NCBI GenBank assembly: GCA_004431415.1
Contig: QPMI01000513.1
Location: 62,001 to 126,000, forward strand
DNA: 64,000 nucleotides
Reading direction: 5' to 3'
From: Cyanophora paradoxa CCMP329
Lineage: Eukaryota; Plantae; Glaucophyta
Shown here: in pieces, positions 44,324 to 54,400 of the stretch
Layout of the letters: each line of letters opens with the position of its first letter
How positions within the stretch are numbered: the stretch's first letter is position 1
Position numbers and translations under genes: made by a program
The notes under the pieces: model-generated
Seen by the model: the letters and a program-made list of their open reading frames with translations, nothing else
Told to the model about the DNA's origin: nothing
Databases searched by the model: none

Positions 44324-47057
44324 TCAGGCGCGGGGCGTGGCGCCGTGGCGGGTGACCAGGATCTCGCGAATGACCGCCTTGAGCTCGTCCGCCGGCACCC
44401 CCTCCTGCGCGCGACAAGGAGGGATGTTACAATCACGACCTCGAGACTGGACATTATCTCGGGGGGCCCGCCCGGCGGCACCTTGTACATGGTGCCGAAC
44501 TCGGCGCCCTCGCCGACCTTGCCGTCCACGATCACGTTGGCGCCCTCCACCTGCCGCCCCGTCAAGAGCGCCGGGCGGGCGCGAGGGGCGCGGGGGGGAG
44601 AAGGCGCGCCTTGGCGCCGTCCCGCTTGGCGCTGGTCGAGCCGATAATGCCGATATCCGCGAGCTGCGCCTGCCCGCACCTGCGAGCCGGCTCGGCTCAG
44701 CCAGGCGCTCCCAGCACGCTCGGCATGCCCGGCACGCGGGGCGCACGTGTTGGGGCAGCCGGTCCAGTGCATGCGGACGTCGCCGGGGATCTCGAGCTCC
44801 GCCTCGAGCTCACGGGCGATCTCCAGCGAGCTGCGCGCGCGAGGGTGAGCGGGGCCAGAGCGGCGCTAGCGGTGCTTCAGAGCGCACCGGTTCTTGGTCT
44901 CGATGAGGCCGAAGCCGCAGAACTGCATGCCCGTGCACGAGACGAGGTTGCGCACCAGCGGGCCCGGCGCGATCTGCCGGCGCGGCGGTCGGACGGGGTT
45001 CGGGGGGGGGGGAGGGCGGGGGCGAGGCAGGCCCCGCGGGGCGGGCGGGCCTTGAAGCGCTCCTCGACGAACTTGTCGGCGAGGATGGCGGCGACCTTGC
45101 CCGTGGGCACGTTGGGGATCAGGATGTTCTGCTCCACCGTGAGGCGGATCTGCGGGGGAGGCCAGCGGGGGCGTGCGTGAGCTCCAGCCCCGCCCCGCCC
45201 GGCCCCGCGCGGCGGAACGGAAGCGCGAGGGGCGGACCTCGCCGGAGCCGAACTCGTCGGCGAGGCGGGCGACCTCGGCCATCTCCCAGGGCAGCATGCG
45301 CCCCACCGGCACGCTCAGGCCCTGCGTGCCCCGCCCTCAGCCCCGGGCGCCGGCGGGGCCGAGGGGCAGAGGTGCGGGGCGGGGCGCGCCACCCAGTGGA
45401 GCCCCGTCTGCTTCTGCTCGTGGACGCCCAGGAGGTTGTGGCGGCGGACCCAGGGCTTGTCGGCCTCGGGAAGCGCCTTGGCCGCCTCCAGCGCCTTGCC
45501 CATCGCCGCCTCCACCTGCACGCGGGCGCTCGGGGCGGGCGCGCAGAGGGAGGGACGCCGACGCCGCGGGCACCTCGGCGCGGAAGCGGGGCATGCCCCA
45601 CTCCTCGATGAGCCACATGAGGCGCGCCTTGTTCCGGTTCTTGCGGTTCCCGTTCTCCCGGAAGACCTCGAGCACGGCGCGGCAGAATGCAACCGCGTCC
45701 TCCTGCGCGCGGGCCCCCGTCGGGCCCGGCGGAGCGCAGCGCGGGGGCGGGGCGGGGCGGGGCGCACCTCGGGGACCCAGGCGTCCATCGGGAGCGACTC
45801 GGCGATGCGGAAGGAGCCCATGAAGCCGCCGAGGACGACGTTGAAGCCCATGCGGCCGTCGGCGTCGGGGCACGGCCGCAGGCCCACGTCGTTGATGTCC
45901 GTGTGCGCGTAGTCGTCCCGCCCCCCCGACACGCAGATGTTGAACTTGCGCGGCAGGTTCGTGAACTCCGGGTTCCCCTCCCCGCCCGCCGTGATCTGCC
46001 CCCCGCCGGCCCGGCGCCCCCGCGTTGGCCCCCGCGCGCCCGACGCGGCGCCGCGCGCCCCGCGGAGATCGAAGCCGAGCGCGCGCATGCACCATGTCCT
46101 GGATGTCCTTGCATAGCTTGCGCGTGTCGTACATCTCCTCGGCGTCGATGCCGGCGATCGGAGAGCTGCGGCGGCGCCCCGCCTCAGCGGCCGAAATCCA
46201 GGGGGAGCGCGGGGCGGGGCGGCGCGCGAACCCGACCATGTTGCGGACGTTATCCATGCCGGACTGGTAGCTGGTGAGGCCGAGCTTGCGGAGGCCGTCG
46301 ACGATCTCGGGGACGTGCGGGAGCTCGATGCCGCGCAGCTGGATGTTCTGCCGCGTCGTGATGTCCGCCACGCCGAACTCCTCCGGGTACTGCGCGATCA
46401 CCGACGCCAGGAAGCGCATCTGCTCGCTGTTGAGGATCCCGTTCGGCACCTTGAGGCGCATCTGCCGGCAGCGGCTTTGAGAAAATTGCGGGCGAAACCG
46501 GGGCAGCAGAAGGCGCCCGGGCGAGGCGAGGGGCGCACCATGAACTTGCCAGGAGTGCGCTTGAAGCGGTTCCAGACACCGATCCATTTCAGGCGGTGGT
46601 CGATGTCATTCGCTTCGATCTCCTCGAGCGGCTTCTTCGCCAGCTCGGAGATCTCGTACTTGAGGCTCAGCCCGTCCTTCTCCGCCTTCAGCTTCTCAAT
46701 GGGGGAGCCCTTCTTTGCGCGCTCGATGGCGTCCTCTGTCTTGAGGGAGAGAAGACCAGAGAACGGACCGGCGCCGCCGGTCGGCGCCGGCGGAGCGGCA
46801 GCGGGAGAGATGGGCGTCGGCGCTGGCGCAGGGGGCGCGGGTGACACTGCTGGCGAGGGCGCGGCCTCCGCAGCGACGTGAAAGGTCGCGGCTGGAGCTG
46901 CCACCGCCACGCGCAGCGCGCGGCGTCCGCTGCGGGTTGCGTGCAGCTCGCCGGCGGGGCGGAGCCCGACGTAGGACGGGAACGCGTTGGCCAGCGGGGA
47001 CGACGCGACCTCCGGCGCCGCACGGCGAGCGCTTAGAAGGGGAGAGAGGAAAGCCAT
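44324..47057 (-). CDS. NIR: Ferredoxin-nitrite reductase, plastid-targeted
   Basis: MAFLSPLLS transit peptide, IDHRLKWIG, ADITTRQNIQLRGI, SGMDNVRN and NLPRKFNICVSG. Siroheme/4Fe-4S cysteines in CTGMQFCG and WTGCPNTC. Confidence 0.96.
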
Positions 47058-47565
47058 TGCGGGCGTGCGGGCTTCGCGGGCTGCGCTCGGTTGGAGTGAA
47101 GGACTCTTGCTGAGCTCGACTGAACGACTGAACGCTGGCGGAGTGCAGACGCTCTGGGAATGCGAGCTTTCTGTCCTCGCGCTCAGAACAGCAGCTCCCT
47201 ATGGGTTTGCTCCTGCGTGCCTGCCCATCATAAGAGCAAGGGCAACCAAGAAGAGGGGGGCGAACTTGTAGGGGGTACGGCTGAATGATTGATTCCGCCC
47301 GGTTCAAAGGAGCTGCAGCGGCAGTTCGGCGGGGGTGGGTTGTGCTGCTTGTGCATGCAGGCTGCGCCGGAGGTCACCGCCGCGGATGATGCGCATGCTT
47401 AGCTTGAAGGATGCCAGCAAGGAGGGGAGCGGGTTCGAGGCGCGTACGCGAATATCGTACGGTATGCATATGCATGAGGCGCCCTGCGATGAGAATCACT
47501 GCTTCGATCGCGAATCCCGCCCGCTCCACATAATTCCGATCGATCATGTCCCACCTTGCCTGTGT

Positions 47566-50510
47566 TAGGCCTGCTGCTTGGGGTCAAGCATTTGCCTCAA
47601 GCACTTGGCTTGACCTCTAGCGCCAAGCATTTGAGCCAGAAAGCCGTGCTTGAAGATACTTGCAAATATTATTTTTGGGGGGGGGGGGCGGGGGGGGCCC
47701 GGGGGGGGAAGGACCATACTTAGGCACAGCGAAGCAGTCTCAGCCAGGCAGCCAACAGCAATGCCGCCGAAGGAGAAGGGCAAGGCGCAGCAGACCGTCA
47801 TCGGCAAGGACGCGTCCGGCAACATCTCGTTCCGCGCCCCCGCGCAGCCCATCGCCGGCTCCAGCGATGCGCCTGCAGCTGCGCCGGCGCCTGCAGCAGC
47901 GCAAGGACCGCGCACGGACGCGGACGACTTCGAGCCGATGGACAGCCACCTCTGGCTTAAGCGGCAGATCCACATTCTCACTTCGTGGGTCTGGCAGGGC
48001 GACAAGATCATCCAGGGGAAGCTGCACGGGAAGAAAGCAGCGATGTGCCTGCTCAACAAGGAGAAGCACGGCCGGCAGTTCGCTTGTAAGACAGTGTTCA
48101 AAAACATCAGCGCGACATCGAGCATCGACAGCCATTTCAACACGCAGCACGGGCTTTTCGCGCCGACAGATGGCGAATCCGCTCAGCACGCGGCAGGGCA
48201 GGCGACGCTCGGCCCAGCCTTTGAGGCCGTGAAGCCGCTCTCGGATGAAGATAACCTGGCGAAGCACCACGCGCTGGCTCGCGCAATCGTTACCGGCATG
48301 TTGCCTTTCAGTGTGGCAAGCGCGCACTGGATGCGCGGCTGGGCCTTGGCCCTGAACCCGTGCGCCCGGCCCCCGCGCCCGCCCGTGCCCCGCCGGCGCT
48401 GCCCGGCCCGCGCGCGCGCGCAGAAGCTATCGTCCGACGGATCGCGGGACGATCAGGCGGATCATCCTGGCGGAGCACGCGCGCCAGCGGAAGTCGGTCA
48501 GATCGATGCTGTTTCAGGGCGCGAACCGCATCTACGACGTGTGCCACGCAACGTCCGACATCTGGACGAGCGAGGGGCGCAAGTCGTACATCAGCTTCAC
48601 GATCCACTGGCTCGACGAGGTATGCGGGCGCGCGCGCACAGTGTGCGGCCGGCCCTGGCTGAGCCCGCCGCAGCTTTTCAACCTGCACACTCGCTGCCTG
48701 GAGGTCGCGCGCTTCTCGGATGCGCATGCGGCCGTGAACATCAAGCAGGCCCTCAGGAAGTGAAGCGGGCCATGAAGGCCCTGGAGCACCTCCTGGCCGC
48801 CGTCAACGCTGTGCGGGAGGTGCACAAGTTCCTGCGCCGGCCGAAGGTGCAGGACGTCTGGGAGGACGTGAAGGGGGTTCGCATTCGCAATTTTCTTTGA
48901 GTAATTTCAGGCTGACCACGTCGCAGTCGAGCAAGGCGGGGCTCAGCCTGGACGTTGCTACGCGCTGGAACTCAACCTACTTCATGCTGGAAGACTACAG
49001 CAAGGCCCGGGTTCGTTCCCCCGCCCCGCCCCGCCCCGCCCCGCCCCCGCCGCGCGGCGCCCCGCCCCCGCCCTGCCGCCTCATCTGTTCCTCAGGAGCA
49101 CTTCCCAGCCTTCCAGGCGCAACTCGAGGTGCTGGCGGCTGACGACGAGGGCATCTGGGAGCCCATCCGCCTGGAGTACGAGCGCCTCAAGCTGTCGCCC
49201 CAGCAGTACAACTGCGTCATCGGCCTCATGGCATGCCTCCATCCCTTCGCGGAGATCGTCCCCCACCTCGGCGGCAATCTCTACACCACGGCGGCGGCCA
49301 CCATCCCCATGATCTTCGTCGCGCGCTCTGAGGTCGCCGAGGTCGAGGCGCCTCAGGCTAGCTCGGGCGAGGTCCGCCAGATCATCCAGGTTCGCTGTCC
49401 TTGTCCCCTCCTCATTCTCTCATTCTGACTCGCCCCAGGCCTTCAAGGCCGAGCTCCTCAAGCAGCTCGACTTCAAGACCGAGGCGGCATACAAGACCGA
49501 GTCCTACCTCGCCGCGGCCCTCGACCCCCGCTTCAAGAGCCTCGACTTCCTCAAGTACAACCCCAAGAACGCCGACCAGAGCATCGTGCGCCCTCTGCCC
49601 CGTCCTGTCCCCTTGCTCTAATTATCTCGGCCCTCTGTAGTACAACGCTGTGAAGGCGCTGCGCAACGAGCTCATCCGCATGGAGTACGACGCGCAGTAC
49701 GAGGCGGCCAAGAAGAAGCTGGAGGAGGCAGCGGCCGCAGCAGCAGCCGCTGCGGGCCCCGCGGCAGAGCCCGCCCCCGCCCCCGCCCCTCAGGAGGGGC
49801 GCGTGGTCTCTAGCCTCGAGCGCAAGCTCGCGGGTGTCACTGGTGCGGGCGCTGCAGGCCCCGCGCGCGGCGGGGGGCCCCTTCCTCCCGCCGCCCCCGG
49901 CAACACCCTAGAGCCGCAGCTTAAGAGCTACCTCACAGAGATAGCTGAGTGGGACGCCCTTGTAGCTCTCTCTTGGGGCCAGGACCCCCTTGTTTGGTTT
50001 CGCAAGCATATGCTAGATTTTCCTTACGTTTCTGCCCTGTACCGCCGCTATGGCTCTTGCCCCGGTTCTTCTACTTATTCTGAGCGTGTCTGGTCGCATG
50101 CTGGCCAGATCGTTGTAGAGAATAGGGCTTCTCTTAACGATGATTCCATTGCTGCTCTCGTTAATCTGTATGAGCTGTACCTTGCTGGTGTTCCCATTTT
50201 CGAGTTGGCAGGCCAGATTAAGAAGGCAGTAGGGCGACCTGAAGGGTCTCCAGATGGAAAGAAGCGGAAGTCGACTTAGTTGTTTATGTTTCGATTCGAG
50301 CAAGCTGCAAGATCATACGTGCGAGCGATACCGCCGATACAAGGGGCGCGCATGGGGTACCCCCCCCCAAGCATTTGACAAATATTTGACCTAGCCGAGG
50401 GGCCAAGCATTTGAGCCGGCCGGCTCGGGTGCTTGGCTTGGCTTGACTCCGGAAGGCCAAAATTTGGCTTGGCTTGGCTTGAGGCCGGGGGGGGTCAAGC
50501 ATCAGGCCTA
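47566..50510 (+). mobile_element. hAT DNA transposon (2945 bp)
   Basis: TIRs TAGGCCTGCTGCTTG and CAAGCATCAGGCCTA (15 bp, 1 mismatch). Perfect 8-bp TSD GCCTGTGT at 47558-47565 and 50511-50518. Subterminal CAAGCATTTG and GGCTT repeats. Confidence 0.95.
47761..50279 (+). pseudogene. Intron-containing hAT transposase, internally deleted and frameshifted
   Basis: BED finger (C..C..H..H), ATSDIWTS, TRWNSTYFML, LAAALDPRFK and STYSERVWS are present. The segment normally carrying the second catalytic Asp and CxxH is missing at ~48760, where the frame breaks (agg aag tga / gtg aag). Confidence 0.8.
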
Positions 50511-50556
50511 GCCTGTGTACGCCCCCGCAGTGCTGGAGTAGACTAGAGGCTGTGGC

Positions 50557-51068
50557 CAGTGATGGCTGGGTTATTGATAACATATTTTAGCAACCATTAT
50601 TTTAACCCAGGTATTTTGATTATTGATAGTGGTGCCGAATTCCAGGGGTAATTGATAGCACCGCTAATATAATGGGGGTACGGTGCAAATATCCCATTTT
50701 CCTCGCGGATCAACGCGCAGAAACGATTACGAATGACAGCAGAACGTTCTAGAATGCTGGAAGACACCAGGGAAAAGCTAGCAGGCTCTGATACGACGGA
50801 TGCCGGATGACAACCCCTCGTCTTTCTGCCTGTAGACTTAAGAAAGCTTCTATGAGCTGGTCAGCAGCGTTTAATTGCTTTGGATAGTGGATGAGAGAGC
50901 GTTCTGAACAGTTTGGCGACGTTTCTGCACTGTCCGAGCGGGGTTTCTATGGCGCGGGTGGGGGTGGTTATCGATAACATACGGTGTCATAATTATAATA
51001 TAAAATAATGGTGCTAAAGATTATCAATAGCGGTCACGATTTGCCAAGAATTAATAATACCATCACTG
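50557..51068. mobile_element. Non-autonomous hAT-type MITE (512 bp)
   Basis: TIRs CAGTGATGG and CCATCACTG. 8-bp TSD GCTGTGGC at 50549-50556 and 51069-51076. AT-rich with ATTGATA/TATCAAT subterminal motifs and no ORF. Confidence 0.9.
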
Positions 51069-51419
51069 GCTGTGGCCGGTAATTCACCAAAAAAACAATA
51101 TCAATCTTGCAAATTTGAATATAGACTCAAGCTCCGCGGCCGGCGTCACGATACCCCCCTTCTTCGTTAGCCGGGAACTCGCTTGCAACTTGTTGCAAGT
51201 GCAGCAGCAGCAGCAGGCTGCCCGGCGGCCAGCAGCAGCGCCACAGCAAGCTAGCGCGGCAGCGACTCGCGATCGGCGAGCTGAGCTAGCCAGATCGTAA
51301 TCGCAGTCGTAATCCTATATCCGCCCTCCGGGCGGCAGCCCGCTCCGACTGGTTCCCTGCGGGCCTTTGATTCAGAGGCGTTAAAGGAGTGCTAGGCCGC
51401 CACGCGCGGCGCCATAGGG

Positions 51420-54400
51420 ATGCCCCCGTCGACTCCGGTAACGCATCCCTCGCCCATGATGAAGAGCATATCGGTGCCGGTGCGGCGTGGCCGTTTCGGG
51501 GCGGCTTAAGGTCCGCCGACTCACAGCTGCGCGCAGTACACGGATGACAACTTCCGGCGGGCGAGACATGGTTAGCTTCGACGTCGACCAGTTTTTCGTC
51601 GATGAGAACTCGCTGACTCGCGCGCAGCGGACTACACGTTTCTGGCGGCGCAGGCGCACGGGACGGTATTCGTCCTCCGGGAGGACGCGCTGGACACGAT
51701 CGTGGCGCACACGACCGGGGCCGCGCGCATGATGGTCGCCGCCGCCGGCTCGCTGACCGCGGTCCGCGCGAGGCGCGCCTCCTCGTCTTCGGGGCCCCCG
51801 AGCATGAGCCCGGCCTCCAGCTCCAGCGCGCTGCCGGCCTCAAAGCAGTCGCTCCAGCCCCTCGAGAAGCTCCCCGACTTGCACGCGCCGGGCGCCGCCT
51901 CGCGGGCCGCCGGCTCTAGCCGGGGCTCCCCTCCGGTGTCCCCCAAGGGGCCCGCGGCGAACACGGTGGACCGCTTCGCGGCGCCGGGATCGCGCTCCGC
52001 CTCGCCCATCGCACTGCTCCTGCCGGCGAGCAAAGCGGCGGCAGCCGCCTCCGCCGCCGCGCGGAGCCGGCGGCCGAGCGCGGACGTGGGCAGCCCCGAG
52101 CGGGAGCGCTCGTTGAACATAGGGCCCTCGATGGGCCACTCTGCCTCGACGCCGGCGCTGGCGCACGCCGCGGGGGGCCTCCACAGCCTCGGCGGCGGGC
52201 TGCTCCAGGAGTCCGCCAGACAGAAGAGGCACGCCACTCTGTCTACCTTCCTCGAGGATGTGATCCCGCCCCCCGCGCCGGCGTCGCCCGCGGCGCCCCC
52301 CGCCCGCGGCCGCGCGCTCGCTGACGCCGGCCGGCGCGCAGGGGTCGGCGGAGGAGCTGCGGGCGAGGCTGCACGGGGCGCTCTCGGCGATGCAGTCGCA
52401 GCGGGTCTCGCACACGGGCCAGCCGCTGGACCTCGCCGGCGGCGGCGCCAGCTCCCGCAGCGCCAACAACGAGGGCCCCGAGCCGCTGGAGGTCCGCTCC
52501 CGCAACGGGCTCCTCTGGCACTGGCGCGCCCCGCCCCGCCCCGCCCCGCCCCGCCCGCCCCGCCCGCCCCGACCCGCCGGCGCGCTGAGGCGGGGCCTGC
52601 CTCGCGGGGGCTCGCAGTGTGGCGCACCGGAAGCAGCGGCACGTGCTGGTGGAGTTCGAGCCGGCGGTGCAGAGCGTGGACGCGCGGGGCCGCTCGCCGC
52701 CCCTCGCCGTCGCCGTCGGCGAGGGCTACACCGCCGTCGACCCGACCAACGTCCACCGCCGCGTCCAGCATTCCTGCCGTGCGCCCTGCGCCGGCCCCAC
52801 CTGCCGCCCCGCCCGCCCACTCGGCCCGCCCCGCAGGCGCGCTGCTGGACGCGTGCGCGGGGGGCGCCTCGGCGGAGAAGCTCTACGCGCTCCTCGTCCG
52901 CGAGATGATCGAGATCTGCGGCTACGAGCGCTGGTGCGCGGCGCCGGGCGGCCCGTGGGTCGGCGGCGGCGGCGGGCTGAGGGTGTGCGGGGCAGCATCC
53001 TGGTGCAGTTCGCGGCGGAGGAGCAGGGGGGGCACTGCCGCGTCGTCGAGGAGTCCCAGCGCCCCGGCCACGAGCGCCCCTCCTTCCGCGGCCACCACTT
53101 CCGTCCGCCCCGGCCCCCGCCCCGGCCCTATGCTCCGCGTCTCTGACGTCGCCCCGCGCGCGCCCCGGCAGCGGCGGCGGACGTGCCGAACTCGGCGCGG
53201 AAGCGATTCGCGCGGCTGACGTGCCGCATCATATCCAACGTGAACGGGGAGCAGCAGGAGCTGCGCTGGCTGGACACGCCCCCCGAGGACGAGCTGGCCG
53301 CCAGCGACGCGAGCTCGGGCTCCGAAGACTCGGGGCCCCCGGGCCTCGCCTTCGACATGAACGACTGCCACACCCGCGGCCTCATCGACTGCGCCAAGGC
53401 CTACTACGGTCCCGCCCCCCTCCCCCCCCCCCCCCCCCCCCCGCCGCCCGCCCCCGGCCTCACATGTCAACGTGGCCAGTGAACATGGGCGTGTGCTCGG
53501 TGCTCCTCTTCGCCATCCTGAACCCCGACGTGCAGCCCGTGCAGGGCCCAGTAGTGCGCCCCGCCCCGCCCCGTCCCGCCCCGCCCCCGCCCGTCCGGCG
53601 CCTCACCCCCTCTCTCCTTCGCGCGCGCGCAGGCCCCCTCGCGCTCCTCCAAGAAGGAGAAGCTGGGCCTCTGGGGTGCGTGCGGGGCGCCGTGCCGGCG
53701 GGCCCCCGGCGGCTCGCTCACCGGGGCCCCTCGCCTCCGCCTTAGGCTTCGTCTCGATGCACAACTACGCGCCGCGCTACGCGGACCCCGCCACCCGCAA
53801 CGCCATCCAGCTCCTCACCTCGGGTGCCCCCCCCCCCGCCCCGCGAGGGCGGCGCGGTGCGGGGCCGGGTGAGGGAGCGGGGGGGCGGGGCCAGTGTTCC
53901 GGGAGGTGCTGCGGCTGGAGGCGATGCGGCGGCTGCGGCAGGACGAGGCGGAGGCGCGGGCCTTCCAGTCCGAGATCATGTCCTCCGTCAAGGGCACCGG
54001 CCACTTCATCCAGGCGCCCCCGCCCGCCCCCGCCGCCCCCCGAGCCCCCTCGCCCCCCCCGCCGCTGACGTCGCGCCCCCGCCCGCAGGAGGCGAGCCTG
54101 AAGGAGGCCGTCAAGGCCTCCCACGGCTGCACCGTCATCTCCCACGGTGTCGTCGTCCGCCAGACCGGCATCTGCCCCGAGCCGGCCGCCGCCCTCGCCA
54201 CTCTCGACGCCATGCGCCGCGCCGCCCGCCTGGGGGCCATCGCGGCCTCGGGGCCGTGGGAGCCCGGGACGATGTGGCACACGGACTGCCTCAAGAGCGT
54301 CTCCCCCGACTTCGTGCGCTTCGCGGACCGCGCCGCCGGCGCCCTCGCCGTCCTCGTCTCCGCTCGCCTCGACCTCTACATCATCTGGTGGCGCCGGCCC

